Assembly: GCA_020849795.1 (NCBI GenBank)
Contig: JADZFR010000051.1
Location: forward strand, 83,821-147,820
Source: Planctomycetota bacterium
Lineage (GTDB): Bacteria; Planctomycetota; UBA8742; UBA2392
Length of the DNA stretch: 64,000 nucleotides
Direction of reading: 5' to 3'
Both the position numbers and the translations under genes were made by a program. Shown here one piece after another: positions 18,846 to 29,391 of this stretch (its first letter is position 1; each line of letters starts with the position of its first letter). Below the pieces are notes generated by a model, which worked only from the letters and a program-made list of their open reading frames with translations, made no database searches and had not been told where the DNA came from.

Positions 18846-19508
18846 ATGATTGAGTCCCGACCCGAACCCAAGCTGAAAGTGCTTGTGCTGGCGGCCTCAT
18901 TGCGCGAGGACTCGGTGAACCGCAGGCTCGCCGGCCTGGCGGGGCGCGTCGCCTCGCAAAATGGCGCGACCGTGGACTTTGCGTCGATGCGCGACTTCGA
19001 CGTTCCCTCCTACGACGGCGATCTTGAAGAGGCGCAGGACATTCCCAAAGGCGCGCAGGAGCTGCGGCGGCGGCTGACCGAAAACGACGCCTTCATCATC
19101 GCTTCGCCCGAATACAACGGCTCGATGCCCGGCATGTTCAAGAATCTGATCGACTGGGCCTCGCGCTTCCGGCCTCAGCCGTTTGACGGCCGGCACGGCC
19201 TGCTGATCAGCGCGTCGCCCTCGATGGGCGGCGGCAACGGCGGGCTTTGGGCGCTGCGCGTGCCGCTGGAGCACCTTGGCGCGCGGATTTACCCGGACAT
19301 GTTCTCGCTTGCCCAGTCGCATAAGACGCTGGTTGAGGGCGAAATCGCCAATGACGCGCTGCGGGCGCGCTTTGAACAGAACGTGCAGTCCTTCCTGTCG
19401 CTGGCCGAAGCGGCCAAGCACTACCCCTGCATGAAGCGCGCTTGGGTCGAGTTTCTCGGCCAGACCCCCGACCTTGGGGCTGATCGCGTGGACCCGGTGG
19501 CGTCATGA
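18846..19508 (+). CDS. NADPH-dependent FMN reductase family flavoprotein
   Basis: 'KLKVLVLAASLREDSVNRRLA' and 'IASPEYNGSMPGMFKNLIDW' form the flavodoxin-like FMN reductase fold. The start is chosen at 'MIESRPEP'; upstream ATGs at 18804 and 18831 are possible alternatives. Confidence 0.7.
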   Translation: MIESRPEPKLKVLVLAASLREDSVNRRLAGLAGRVASQNGATVDFASMRDFDVPSYDGDLEEAQDIPKGAQELRRRLTENDAFIIASPEYNGSMPGMFKNLIDWASRFRPQPFDGRHGLLISASPSMGGGNGGLWALRVPLEHLGARIYPDMFSLAQSHKTLVEGEIANDALRARFEQNVQSFLSLAEAAKHYPCMKRAWVEFLGQTPDLGADRVDPVAS

Positions 19509-20434
19509 GCGTGCGGCCCGTCAACGAGCCCGCATGCCCCGAGCCGTCGGCAGCAGGCGACGGCAAGACGGCAATCGAAACCGTGATCGACGCCCGCGCG
19601 CGGGACCTGGGCGGCGTCGCTATCCGGCGGGTGTTGCCATCAAGTGCGCGCCGCATGGTCGGCCCGTTCACGTTCCTTGACCAGATGGGCCCGCTGATCG
19701 TCGGCGAGAGCCCCGCGCTTGACGTAAGGCCGCACCCGCACATCGGCCTTGCCACAGTCACTTACCTGTTCGAAGGCGAGATTCTTCATCGCGACAGCCT
19801 TGGCTTTGAGCAGCCGATCCGCCCAGGCGACATCAACTGGATGACAGCCGGTCGCGGTATTGTGCATTCCGAGCGCACGCCGCCTGGTCAACGCAGGAAC
19901 GGTTCGCGCCTGTATGGCTTGCAGCTGTGGGTTGCGCTGCCACTGGCCCACGAAGAAACGGACCCATCATTTCATCACTATCCAGGCAGTACTCTGCCCG
20001 CGCGTGAGCAGGCCGGTGTGCGCCTGCGTGTGCTGGCGGGTTCGGCCTATGACATGACTTCTCCGGTACAGGTTCTGTCGCCGCTGTTTTACGTCGATGC
20101 GGCAATGTCGCCCGGCAGCGAGCTGGCGCTTCCGACCGGGCATGATGAGCGCGCGGCCTATGTAATCGAAGGCGCTTTGCGCTGCGGAGGCGAACGCGCC
20201 GAAGCCGGGCGCATGCTGGTTTTCTCGAAAGAGGCCCAAGTTGTCCTGACGGCCGAAGCGGCGACGCGGGTCGTGCTGCTGGGCGGCGCGCCCCTGGACG
20301 GCAAGCGGTACATCGACTGGAACTTTGTGTCGAGTTCGAAAGACAGGCTCGATCAGGCCAAACGGGACTGGAGGCAAGGGCGCTTCCCGAAAGTGCCCGG
20401 CGACGAACACGAGTTCATACCGCTTCCAGAGTAA
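19505..20434 (+). CDS. pirin family bicupin protein
   Basis: '[47 protein letters not shown]' is the pirin N-terminal cupin signature. The ATG overlaps the upstream stop (ATGA). Confidence 0.85.
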   Translation: MSVRPVNEPACPEPSAAGDGKTAIETVIDARARDLGGVAIRRVLPSSARRMVGPFTFLDQMGPLIVGESPALDVRPHPHIGLATVTYLFEGEILHRDSLGFEQPIRPGDINWMTAGRGIVHSERTPPGQRRNGSRLYGLQLWVALPLAHEETDPSFHHYPGSTLPAREQAGVRLRVLAGSAYDMTSPVQVLSPLFYVDAAMSPGSELALPTGHDERAAYVIEGALRCGGERAEAGRMLVFSKEAQVVLTAEAATRVVLLGGAPLDGKRYIDWNFVSSSKDRLDQAKRDWRQGRFPKVPGDEHEFIPLPE

Positions 20435-20537
20435 CGTGAACGCGGAGTTGACGCCTGCGGGCTCCGGCGAAGGAATACAGGCTGGGCCAATCGTGTTGAC
20501 TGATGATGACTCTCAACAAGTTGCTCGGGGGACAACC

Positions 20538-21296
20538 ATGAACGCATCATTCGTCGGCAGAGTCGCAATTGTCAGCGGCGCGGGCTCGGGGCTTGGTGAA
20601 GCTATCGCAAAGGCCATGGCAGCCAAAGGCGCCAAGGTGGTGCTGACAGACATCAACCTCGCGGCCGCCCAGCGGGTCACGGGCGAGATCACAAAGGCGG
20701 GTGGCGTTGCCAGCGCCATCCAGCAGGACACCGCCAAGGCGGCGGAGTCCGAGAAAGTCGTGAAGCACGCCGTGGCTACTTACGGCGCTCTGCACTACGC
20801 CGTCAACAACGCCGGTATCGGCGGCGCAAACGCGCCGGCCGGAGAGACCGACCTGGCCGACTGGGAGCGCGTGATCGCCATCAATCTGAATGGTGTTCTG
20901 TACGGAATGCGTTACCAGATTCCCGCGATGCTGGAGGCGGGGCCGCAGCAGTGCGCGATCGTGAACATGGCTTCCATCCACGGGACGGTGGCGGCGCTGG
21001 GCAACGGTGCCTATACGGCGGCCAAGCATGGGGTGGTCGGGTTGACCAAAAACGCGGCGGCAGAGTACGGCGCGCGGGGCCTGCGTATCAACTGCGTCGG
21101 GCCGGGCTACATCGATACCCCGTTGCTGGCGACGATACCTGAGGCCGCGCGCGCTGGGCTTATCGCCAAGCACCCGCTGGGACGGCTTGGCCGCCCTGAT
21201 GAAGTGGCGTCGCTGGTGTGCTTTCTGCTCTCGAACGATGCGTCGTTCATGACCGGCGGCTACTATCTGGTGGATGGCGGCTACACGACAGTTTAG
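20538..21296 (+). CDS. SDR-family short-chain dehydrogenase/reductase
   Basis: Rossmann motif '[12 protein letters not shown]', 'NNAGI' and catalytic '[13 protein letters not shown]' (YxxxK) are present. The track ORF starts upstream at 20325, in a region that is not protein-like. Confidence 0.85.
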   Translation: MNASFVGRVAIVSGAGSGLGEAIAKAMAAKGAKVVLTDINLAAAQRVTGEITKAGGVASAIQQDTAKAAESEKVVKHAVATYGALHYAVNNAGIGGANAPAGETDLADWERVIAINLNGVLYGMRYQIPAMLEAGPQQCAIVNMASIHGTVAALGNGAYTAAKHGVVGLTKNAAAEYGARGLRINCVGPGYIDTPLLATIPEAARAGLIAKHPLGRLGRPDEVASLVCFLLSNDASFMTGGYYLVDGGYTTV

Positions 21297-21330
21297 GGCC
21301 GCTGGCGCGAGCCGGGGCAGCTACTGGAGC

Positions 21331-21756
21331 ATGCTGACTGTGTTCAACGATCTCAGGCCGGTCCGCCATGCCATTGTCGCGCTGATCCATGACGGCGACG
21401 ACATGTTGCTCATTGAACGCGCTGCCGCCGACACCTACCCGGGCTACTGGTCCGCTGTCACGGGCGCCATGGACGCCGGCGAAACCCAGCAAGCCGCGTG
21501 CATTCGCGAGGCGCGCGAAGAAATCGGATTGCAGGTCAAGCCCGTGCGCAAGGTCTGGGAAAGCGTGACGCGCCGCGCCTCGTTTGTGCTGCACTGGTGG
21601 CAGTGCGAACTGGCGGGCCCCCGCGCGGTCGTCGCCGACCCCGCAGAAGTGGGCGATTATCGCTGGGTGCGCGAAGCCGACATTGCCAGGATTCCGCTGA
21701 TGTTCAGCGACGCCCGCTGGTTCTACCGCGACATCTACCCCCGCGTGCGACGCTAG
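21331..21756 (+). CDS. NUDIX hydrolase
   Basis: The Nudix box is 'GAMDAGETQQAACIREAREEIGL' (Gx5Ex7REUxEExGU). Confidence 0.75.
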   Translation: MLTVFNDLRPVRHAIVALIHDGDDMLLIERAAADTYPGYWSAVTGAMDAGETQQAACIREAREEIGLQVKPVRKVWESVTRRASFVLHWWQCELAGPRAVVADPAEVGDYRWVREADIARIPLMFSDARWFYRDIYPRVRR

Positions 21757-21788
21757 CGCCGCAGCCGAGACTGCACTAACCTGCCGGC

Positions 21789-22526
21789 ATGCACGCAATG
21801 CTGGCCCTGACTCTTGCCCATGCCCGCGATGTTGTCCGTCGGCCGTCCACGTTGATTCTGGCGGGCGTTGGCGCGGTGCTTGTGCTTTCGCTGCGCTGGT
21901 TTTCTGCGTTTGGACTAGGCTACGAAGTCGTGCAGCTTGTTGAACTCGGCGTCTACACCATCGGCATGCTGGGCGCAGTGGCCGTAGTGCTGTTCTGGCT
22001 GCCGCGTGAAGACGAAACCGACGACCCTGAACTGCTGCTGTTGACGCGCCCGGTCTCGCCGTGGCTGCTCGCCGGCGGCGCCTTTGCCGGGCGACTGGCC
22101 GTGGTTGCGTTGCTGTTCACGGCCTGGCTGCTCTGCATTGCGGCTGCGCTGCTGTGGTTCAAGCTGGAAGACGCGCAGCTCTTTGGTTATCGCGGCGCCG
22201 ACTCGGTTGCCACCGAGACACTCAAGGCGCTTGGCCCTCTGTTCGGTCAGTTCATGGCCACGGGTGTCTTGCTTGCGCTTGCCCAGCCGCTTGCGCGCGC
22301 GCGCAAACCCGCGTTGCTTGCGGCGTGCGTGCTGGCGCTGTATGTGCTCGGATACGCGGTTGCCTTGCCGATCTTGCCTGACCTGGCCCGGCAGGACGTT
22401 ACAGGCTCGCTGTGGGGCATGCCTGACGCCGGTATTTCGCCTTGGCAGATTGTTCATGCTTGTGCATGGTGTGCGGTCGGGATAGCCTTTGACAGCGGCG
22501 TGCTGAAGCTTCGGTCAGTGTCATAA
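21789..22526 (+). CDS. integral membrane protein (about 6 predicted TM helices), function unknown
   Basis: Repeated 18-22-residue hydrophobic stretches such as 'LILAGVGAVLVLSL', 'VYTIGMLGAVAVVLFWL', 'LAVVALLFTAWLLCIAAALLWF' and 'ALLAACVLALYVLGYAV'. Confidence 0.5.
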   Translation: MHAMLALTLAHARDVVRRPSTLILAGVGAVLVLSLRWFSAFGLGYEVVQLVELGVYTIGMLGAVAVVLFWLPREDETDDPELLLLTRPVSPWLLAGGAFAGRLAVVALLFTAWLLCIAAALLWFKLEDAQLFGYRGADSVATETLKALGPLFGQFMATGVLLALAQPLARARKPALLAACVLALYVLGYAVALPILPDLARQDVTGSLWGMPDAGISPWQIVHACAWCAVGIAFDSGVLKLRSVS

Positions 22527-22621
22527 ACCACAATCCCAACGCGGTTTGTATGTTGCTTGTGGGGCTGTGCTCGGCTGTATAGACTGCAATGCGGACTATT
22601 CTGGTCTATATCGCTTAGTCT

Positions 22622-23383
22622 TTGAACTTTCACGTCCGGGTTGCCCGGGGGTTTGTCTTGCGTTACGCGATTTTTGGCGACATCCACGGCAACCTCGAGG
22701 CTCTCGAGAAGGTGCTCAGTCTCTGCAAAGACCAGGGAGTTGATCGCTACTTGTGCCTGGGCGACATCGTCGGATACGGCGCAAACCCGGACGAGTGCTG
22801 TGACCGCGTGCGTGAGATGGGCTGTCCAACCGTCGCCGGCAACCATGACTGGGCCGTGTGCGGCAAACTCAGCATCGAGTTCTTCAACACCTACGCCAAG
22901 CAGGCTGTGTACTGGACCCGCGACAACCTCAAAGAAGCGAACATGCAGTTCCTGCGCGAGCTGCCGCTGGTGCAGGAGATTGACGAGAACATCACGCTTG
23001 TCCACGGCAGCCTGAACTTCCCTGACCTGTTCGACTACATCCAGACCAGCCAGGACGCGCGCCTGAGCCTTGAGAAGCTGCGCACGCGTGTATGCTTCCT
23101 CGGCCACAGCCATGTACCCGTTACGTTCTTTTCGGGGCCCATGGTCAGCTACTCGATGAGCTACGAGATTAACCTCAAGGGCTTCGAAAAGGCGCTGGTA
23201 AATGTCGGCAGCGTGGGACAACCGCGCGACGAAAACCCCAAGAGCTGCTTTGCGATTTACGACAGCGACAAAGAACTCGTGAAGATCACGCGCATCGAGT
23301 ACGACATCGAGACCGCCGGCCGCAAGATCCTCGATGCCGGCCTGCCCGAAATCCTGGCCGAACGCCTGAAGTTCGGGCGCTAG
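22622..23383 (+). CDS. calcineurin-like metallophosphoesterase
   Basis: 'YAIFGDIHGN', 'CLGDIVGYG' and 'AGNHDWA' are phosphoesterase motifs I-III. The true start may be the TTG near 22659. Confidence 0.7.
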   Translation: MNFHVRVARGFVLRYAIFGDIHGNLEALEKVLSLCKDQGVDRYLCLGDIVGYGANPDECCDRVREMGCPTVAGNHDWAVCGKLSIEFFNTYAKQAVYWTRDNLKEANMQFLRELPLVQEIDENITLVHGSLNFPDLFDYIQTSQDARLSLEKLRTRVCFLGHSHVPVTFFSGPMVSYSMSYEINLKGFEKALVNVGSVGQPRDENPKSCFAIYDSDKELVKITRIEYDIETAGRKILDAGLPEILAERLKFGR

Positions 23384-23442
23384 CTGACGCGCGAGTCTCG
23401 CCCGGGCAAGCTGTTTCGGCTCTTTTCCGCTGACCGGCGTCT

Positions 23443-23874
23443 TTATTCAAAGTGCCGGTCGTAGGTCTCCAGAAGCTCTCTGACACTCGCCAGCGCCTTT
23501 TCCGCGGCGGCAACGTCGGCAGCCTTGGCCAGGCTGTCCACCGCCGGCATCAAGCGACCCAGGAAGACGTGCAGCTGGTCATGGGCTGCGCCGGTCATGG
23601 TGCAGCCGCGGATCAGTTCGTCGAGTTCCTTCTGCAGTCGTGAGCCCAGCGCTCTTGCCGCCTCAACTGTACTGGCGTCAGCGGACGAGATAGCATCGCG
23701 CATCCGGGCCGCGCTCGCGCGCGTGTGATCGTCGGCCTGCCACTTGCGACCATCGTCCAGCCGCAGGCCGCCTTGCGCCGCGTTCGCAGGGCCGTGGTCA
23801 TGGTTACCTGGACAACCCGCCAGCATGACGCCGAGGGAGAGCAAGAGGGCGATCAGCCCGGTTCGAACGTACAT
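23443..23874 (-). CDS. small lipoprotein (143 aa), function unknown
   Basis: The signal and lipobox 'MLAGCPGN' are followed by a His-rich start 'HDHG'. The mature part is helical and Ala-rich. It lies downstream of and on the same strand as the MoxR gene. Confidence 0.5.
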   Translation of the reverse strand: MYVRTGLIALLLSLGVMLAGCPGNHDHGPANAAQGGLRLDDGRKWQADDHTRASAARMRDAISSADASTVEAARALGSRLQKELDELIRGCTMTGAAHDQLHVFLGRLMPAVDSLAKAADVAAAEKALASVRELLETYDRHFE

Positions 23875-23983
23875 GGCCTGCTCCTTATTCAGATCAGTCT
23901 ATCCGAATAAGAACACACGAGGCTGGCAAATTAGTCCAAGTTGTACGAGGGTTCGTTCGCGACCCGCGACGCTGACACAGGCC

Positions 23984-25087
23984 TTACTCGGCAAACGCTT
24001 TCCTGGCCCTTTCGCCGAGCAGCCACTTCCGTATGCCGCCCAGCCAGTTCTTGCGCTGGCGCACTTCTTCGTGCTGGGTGTCCCATGCCGGCCTTGGCAC
24101 CTGTTTGATCAGGTCGCGCACGAGGTCGCGACTGGTCACGCTGTCGGCTTCAGCGTGGAAGTTGGTCAGTACCCGGTGATGCAGCGCCGGCAGCGCGATT
24201 GCACGAATGTCTTCGGGGTACGCCTCGTCGCGGCCATCGAGGGCGGCCCGCGCCTTGGCGCCCAGGATCAGCGACTGCGTGGCGCGCGGGCTGCCGCCGC
24301 AGTCAACCATGTCCTTGACCAGTGCGCTGAACGTGCTTGCCGGGCGCGTGGAGCGCACGACGTCAATCGCGTACTTGATGCACTCGTCGCGCATGTTGAT
24401 GCGCCGCACCACGTCAAGCATGCGCACTACTTTCTGTGCGCTCAACACCGTGTTCACGGCCTGCTCGGGTCGCGACGTGGTCTGCAAAAGCATCTCCATC
24501 TCGTCGTACTGGGTCGGGTAATCTACCAGCACCGTGAACATGAAGCGGTCCAGCGCCGCCGCAGGCAGAAGGTACGTGCCTTCCTGTTCAATCGGGTTCT
24601 GCGTAGCCATCACGAAGTACGGCTGCGGCAGGTCGTAGCGGTGGCCGGCGACCGTGACGGCATACTCTTCCATGGCTTCCAGCAGCGCGGCCTGCGTCTT
24701 GGGCGGCGTGCGGTTGATTTCGTCGGCGAGCACAAAGTTGGCAAAGATCGGCCCGCCAAGAAACTGAAAGGCGCGTTCGTCGCCATCGCCGACCAGCACG
24801 TCGCTGCCGGTGATGTCGCTGGGCATCAGGTCCGGCGTGAACTGAATGCGGTTGAACTTCATGCCCATGATCTGGGCCAGCGTGCGTATCAGCAGCGTCT
24901 TGGCCAAGCCGGGCACGCCCAGCAGCAGTACGTGTCCGCCGGCGAAGAATGCCGTAAGCACCTGCTCAACGACTTCGTCCTGGCCGACAATGCGTTTGGC
25001 CAGTTCATGGCGAATCGCCGCATGGGCATCGCCCAGCTCTTTGAGTACACGATAGTCGTCGCCCGATAGGGCCGGTTGTTCCTGCAT
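23984..25087 (-). CDS. MoxR-family AAA+ ATPase
   Basis: Walker A 'GVPGLAKT', Walker B 'VLADEINR', the sensor region and the 'VGQDEVVEQV' N-terminus are typical of MoxR/RavA-like ATPases. The start is at 'MQEQPALSGDDYR'. The 1019-aa track ORF is an antisense overextension. Confidence 0.85.
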   Translation of the reverse strand: MQEQPALSGDDYRVLKELGDAHAAIRHELAKRIVGQDEVVEQVLTAFFAGGHVLLLGVPGLAKTLLIRTLAQIMGMKFNRIQFTPDLMPSDITGSDVLVGDGDERAFQFLGGPIFANFVLADEINRTPPKTQAALLEAMEEYAVTVAGHRYDLPQPYFVMATQNPIEQEGTYLLPAAALDRFMFTVLVDYPTQYDEMEMLLQTTSRPEQAVNTVLSAQKVVRMLDVVRRINMRDECIKYAIDVVRSTRPASTFSALVKDMVDCGGSPRATQSLILGAKARAALDGRDEAYPEDIRAIALPALHHRVLTNFHAEADSVTSRDLVRDLIKQVPRPAWDTQHEEVRQRKNWLGGIRKWLLGERARKAFAE

Positions 25088-25402
25088 GCGGGCCTCATTA
25101 TGGAAACGAAGTGCGCCACGTAAAGCGGAACCAATTCGGGCCACAGCGCATGCCCGAGTGAACCAACAGCCGCCCCGTCCGTTTTCACGTGGTGAACCAG
25201 TCTGTCCTTGCAGCATTCGCCCCGTTCGGCACGGGACTTGGTGCATTCCCCGTGGGCCGGTTGGAAGACGCTGAAACTGTGTTTCGGATACCCGGAATGC
25301 ACGCTTCTGGCAGTTTTCTGTTACCGCCCGGTAGCGCTGGCGATTGCAGGATGTCGGAATAGACTGGTCAATCCCTGCTTTGTCGGTGCCCGGAGGAGTC
25401 AT

Positions 25403-27100
25403 ATGCGCACACACACTGCCCGGCTTCGCGCGCTTTCGATCACGCTGCCCCTGCTCCTGCTCACGGTGTTCGCGCTGCTGCTGGCAAGCCCAGCCGCGCC
25501 CGTGCACGCCCAGGAAGAGTTCAAGACGCTCAAGAAAGACTATGAAACGGCGCGCAAAGACGGCTCGCGTACGCAAATGGGCCGCATCGCAGCCAAGATG
25601 GGCGACACCAACGACCCCGACGCCGCCAAATTCCTGCTGAAGGAGTTGGACGAAGACCAGAAGGCCCGCGCCAGAAAGAAGGCCGGCCTGCCGGGCGAAG
25701 TTCGCGACGAAATCATCAAGGCGCTGGCCAAGTTCACCGACGAGAAGAGCGTTGAGATGATCGGCAATGCCTGCCTGGCCCTGAAGTCGGACAAAGACGC
25801 GTCGCTGGCCCTGGACCAATTCGACTTTTTCATGGCGCTGGCAAGCATGAAGAACAGCCCGCCCGCTGAAAAGGCAGTACGCGCGGCAATCGCCGACGCA
25901 AAGAATGCGTTCATCAAAGTGGCTGCGATTGAAGCTGTGCGCCAGGCCAAGGCCAAGCAGTACACCCAGGACGTGGCAAACGTGCTGGCCGAAGAAAACG
26001 AAGCCTGGCACAAAACCTGGCTGATCGTGCCGATCAACGTGTTCGCCTGCCTGCAGGAACTGGTTGAGCCCGAAGAAAAGGAAATGGCGATCAAGGTAGT
26101 TGAGGCCACGATCGCCTGGCAGGAACGCACCACCTGTGCCGACGAGCGCGTGCGCTTCTTCGGCGGCAACATGCTCTGGAAGCTGACGGGCGAAGAAGCC
26201 GACATGTCCAGCACCTTCTATTGGAAGTGGTGGGTGCAGCAGATGAAGACCGTGGGCAACGTCGACGCCAAAAACAAGCCTGAGGCCAAGCGCAGCAAGA
26301 CCGTGGCCAGCCCGCCGGTGTTTGATACCCAGCCTGTCGGAAAGCGTTTTGTGTTCGTGATCGACGTGTCGGACAGCATGAAGCTGCCGCTGAAGATCAC
26401 GCTTGAGGAAATCGAGAAGCGCAAGAAGGACCGCGGACCGATCTCGGGCCGACGCAAGAAAGACAAAGAAGCCGAGGAAGGCAAAGAGCCCGAAGACAAC
26501 AACCCGCTGCGCAAGCTGCCCTGGGAAGACATCGGCACCAAGATGGACCTTGCCCGCGAAGAGCTTTCGCGCTCGATCAAGGACTTCGCCGGCGACCGTT
26601 ACTTCGCCGTGATCATCTACAGCACCGGTCACACGCTTTACACCGAGGGCTGGATCAAGGCCACGCAAGAGAACTGCAACAAGTGGTCGCGCAACGTTCA
26701 GGAATTGACCACCGACGCCATGACCAACATCCACGGCTCGTTGATGCGCGCCTTCCGCATGGGCGCAAAGGGCGACACCGAGACGGAACACCCGGCTGTG
26801 GAAGCCGACTGCATCCTCAACGGCGCCGACTGCATCGTCTTCCTGACCGACGGCTGGGCAAGCTGGGATGACCAGAGCCAGGGCCGCACAAAAGACAAGC
26901 GTAACAACGTGGACAACAGCGTCGGCGACGGGCCGTTCATCTACGGCGAAGACATCTGGCCCGACGTTCTTCGCCACAACATTTTCCGCAAAGTCATCAT
27001 CAACACCGTCGGCATTGGCAATCACGACAAAGACCTGCTTCAAAATCTGGCCAAGCGTACCGGCGGCGTGTACGTCGACTGGGGCTTCCCCGAAAGTTAG
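25403..27100 (+). CDS. Secreted HEAT/ARM-like repeat protein with a C-terminal vWA (MIDAS) domain; paralog 1.
   Basis: GGAGGAG Shine-Dalgarno sequence, then signal peptide 'MRTHTARLRALSITLPLLLLTVFALLLASPAAPVHA'. The N-terminal half is helical repeats. The MIDAS motif is '[12 protein letters not shown]', with 'FLTDGW' downstream. A conserved family tail is '[14 protein letters not shown]...GGVYVDW'. Confidence 0.7.
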   Translation: MRTHTARLRALSITLPLLLLTVFALLLASPAAPVHAQEEFKTLKKDYETARKDGSRTQMGRIAAKMGDTNDPDAAKFLLKELDEDQKARARKKAGLPGEVRDEIIKALAKFTDEKSVEMIGNACLALKSDKDASLALDQFDFFMALASMKNSPPAEKAVRAAIADAKNAFIKVAAIEAVRQAKAKQYTQDVANVLAEENEAWHKTWLIVPINVFACLQELVEPEEKEMAIKVVEATIAWQERTTCADERVRFFGGNMLWKLTGEEADMSSTFYWKWWVQQMKTVGNVDAKNKPEAKRSKTVASPPVFDTQPVGKRFVFVIDVSDSMKLPLKITLEEIEKRKKDRGPISGRRKKDKEAEEGKEPEDNNPLRKLPWEDIGTKMDLAREELSRSIKDFAGDRYFAVIIYSTGHTLYTEGWIKATQENCNKWSRNVQELTTDAMTNIHGSLMRAFRMGAKGDTETEHPAVEADCILNGADCIVFLTDGWASWDDQSQGRTKDKRNNVDNSVGDGPFIYGEDIWPDVLRHNIFRKVIINTVGIGNHDKDLLQNLAKRTGGVYVDWGFPES

Positions 27101-27135
27101 GCCGCGTCCCCTCGTGGCATAGACAGGACAACTCC

Positions 27136-28548
27136 ATGCCTCGAATCATCAGCCTGCTGTCGGCGGTTGCAGCCTTGCTGTGCACCGTTGCCGTCGTCAG
27201 TTTCAGCGCGCAGGCGCCGCGCGGCGCCAACCCCCACGCGATCAACGACGTAGACCGCGGGCGCGCCTTCGACCACTTTGACCGCCTGCTGCCGCTGGCC
27301 CTGGACAGTGCCAGCGAAGCCGCTGCCAAACAGGTCCGCGACGCACTGACCGAGGGCAAGTCGCCGTGGCTCACGATCGCCGCGGTCGAGGCTGTCCGGC
27401 AGGCCGAAGTGGACAAACCCGGCACCGGCAAGGTCTTTCTGCCCGAAGTGCTGGCGCTGATGGGCGAAAAGCACGCCAAGCTGCACGAAGAAGAGATCGT
27501 ACTTGTCAACGTGATGGCGTGCCTGGGCACACTGGTGAAGGCCGACGACAAGGACAATGTCACCGCCGTCGTACAGGCGCTCGTAGACTGGCAGAAGCGC
27601 ACCAAGAACGAAATTGTGCGCCTGCGCCACATGGCCGAGCGCGTGCTGTTCGCGCTGACCGCCGAAGACTGCACGCTGCGCGAAGACACCGTCGCGTTCT
27701 GGGAATGGTGGCTGAAAAACCAGGCCGCCAAGGTCGAAGAAAAGGACCCGAAGGCACCTGAGAAAAAGAGCAAGACGGCCCCGGTGGTCTTTCGTGAACC
27801 GATTGTGGGAACGCGCATTGTGTTCGTGATTGACGTGTCAGACAGCATGAAATGGAAGATCGACCCTGAGGACGTACCCAAGCTCAAGGCCAAAGCCCCC
27901 CACCTGCCTTGGGACAAAGAGCGTGAGCCGACGGCGCTGTGGCTTGCCACCCAGGAACTTGCGCACTCGATCACGCAACTCAAGCCGGAAGACCCCAAGA
28001 AAGGCGGAGGCAAAGGCACGAAGCGCCCCAAGAACGACCCCGAGCTGCGTTACTTCGCGATCGTCACCTATTCCAAGGACGTCAAACTGGTTACTGACGG
28101 CTGGGTCGAAGCCAGCGAGAAGAACTGCCGTGTCTGGTCCGATCATGCCCGCGACCTGGAAACGGAAACCTTGACCAACATCCACGGTGGCTTGATGCAG
28201 GCATTCGGGCTGTCTGCGGCGCGAACCAACACCAGCAGCCCCGAGCTTGACCGCGACTGCGTGTTGACCGGCGCGCACACCATCGTGTTCCTGACCGACG
28301 GCTACCCGACCTGGAGCGAGGACAGCACCGACATGTCCGGCACCAACGAGTTCAAGCACGCCGTCGGCAACGGCGAGTTCGTAAAGCGCGACAAGCTGAT
28401 CGAGTTGGCGGTGCGGACCAACCGCTTTCGAAAGGTGATGATCAACACCGTCGGCATCGGCAATCACGACAAGGCGCTGATGAAGGCCTTTGCCAAGAAC
28501 GCCGGCGGCGCCTACACCGACTGGTTCTGCAACATCCTGTGGAAGTAG
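27136..28548 (+). CDS. Secreted HEAT-like repeat plus vWA protein; paralog 2, in tandem with paralog 1.
   Basis: Signal peptide '[27 protein letters not shown]'. The shared blocks with paralog 1 are '[10 protein letters not shown]', 'WEWWLKNQ', '[13 protein letters not shown]', '[11 protein letters not shown]', '[10 protein letters not shown]' and '[15 protein letters not shown]...GGAYTDW'. Confidence 0.7.
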   Translation: MPRIISLLSAVAALLCTVAVVSFSAQAPRGANPHAINDVDRGRAFDHFDRLLPLALDSASEAAAKQVRDALTEGKSPWLTIAAVEAVRQAEVDKPGTGKVFLPEVLALMGEKHAKLHEEEIVLVNVMACLGTLVKADDKDNVTAVVQALVDWQKRTKNEIVRLRHMAERVLFALTAEDCTLREDTVAFWEWWLKNQAAKVEEKDPKAPEKKSKTAPVVFREPIVGTRIVFVIDVSDSMKWKIDPEDVPKLKAKAPHLPWDKEREPTALWLATQELAHSITQLKPEDPKKGGGKGTKRPKNDPELRYFAIVTYSKDVKLVTDGWVEASEKNCRVWSDHARDLETETLTNIHGGLMQAFGLSAARTNTSSPELDRDCVLTGAHTIVFLTDGYPTWSEDSTDMSGTNEFKHAVGNGEFVKRDKLIELAVRTNRFRKVMINTVGIGNHDKALMKAFAKNAGGAYTDWFCNILWK

Positions 28549-28561
28549 CCTGGGCTTGCAC

Positions 28562-28598
28562 GCGTCGGCACCCCCGGGGGTGCCGACGCTTGTTTGCC
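28562..28598 (+). terminator. intrinsic terminator
   Basis: Perfect palindrome CGTCGGCACCCCC/GGGGGTGCCGACG at 28563-28588, followed by CTTGTTTG. Confidence 0.55.
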
Positions 28599-28624
28599 AG
28601 CCGGCTTGGCGCTATCCATTTGCC

Positions 28625-29296
28625 ATGAAACCTGCCGTGGTACTCGTTTCGGGGGGCCTGGATTCCGCGACTGTGCTCGCGATCGCGCAGCAGTCCTTTG
28701 ACTGCCAACCGTTGACGTTTGACTACGGCCAGCGCCATGCCATTGAGCTGCAAGCTGCCCAGCGTGTTTGCGCCCAATTGGGTGCGCGCGCGCCGCGCCT
28801 GGTTAAGCTTGACTTGCGAGACATCGGCGGCAGCGCGCTCACGGCCGACATTGACGTCCCCAAGGGCGGCCCCGGTGACGGCATACCCGTCACTTACGTG
28901 CCCGCCCGGAATACACTGTTCCTGAGCTATGCCCTGGCGCTGGCGGAAACCCTGGGCGCGACCGACATGTTCATCGGCGTCAATGCCGTGGATTACTCAG
29001 GCTACCCGGACTGCCGCCCCGAGTTCATTCACGCGTTTGAGTCACTTGCCAACCTCGCCACCAAGCTCGGCGTTGAGGGTGCCCGGTTTCGCGTTCATGC
29101 GCCGCTGCTGGCGCTGACGAAGGCCGATATCATTCGGCGGGGCGTGGCGCTGGGTGTAGATTATAGCCTTACCCACTCATGCTACGACCCTGTGGACGAC
29201 CGCGCCTGCGGACACTGCGACTCATGCGTGATTCGGCGCCAGGGCTTCTTGATGGCGGCAATTCCCGACCCGACCCGGTACGTTCATCGGCCCTAG
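28625..29296 (+). CDS. queC: 7-cyano-7-deazaguanine synthase QueC
   Basis: PP-loop '[12 protein letters not shown]', '[10 protein letters not shown]' and the C-terminal Zn site '[19 protein letters not shown]'. The track ORF starts earlier at 28490, in non-protein-like sequence. Confidence 0.9.
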   Translation: MKPAVVLVSGGLDSATVLAIAQQSFDCQPLTFDYGQRHAIELQAAQRVCAQLGARAPRLVKLDLRDIGGSALTADIDVPKGGPGDGIPVTYVPARNTLFLSYALALAETLGATDMFIGVNAVDYSGYPDCRPEFIHAFESLANLATKLGVEGARFRVHAPLLALTKADIIRRGVALGVDYSLTHSCYDPVDDRACGHCDSCVIRRQGFLMAAIPDPTRYVHRP

Positions 29297-29391
29297 TTGT
29301 CGCGGGTGGCAACGAAATCGCGTCCGTAAGCCCGAATCAGCTTGATTCCGCCGATGGCGTAACTACCTTTCGTCCGCGAACGGAGGACCGA

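Noticed and set aside
25088-27043. Extension of the MoxR ORF to 1019 aa
   Set aside because: The extra 650 aa run antisense through HEAT-vWA paralog 1. The MoxR domain is complete from 'MQEQPALSG' at 25087.
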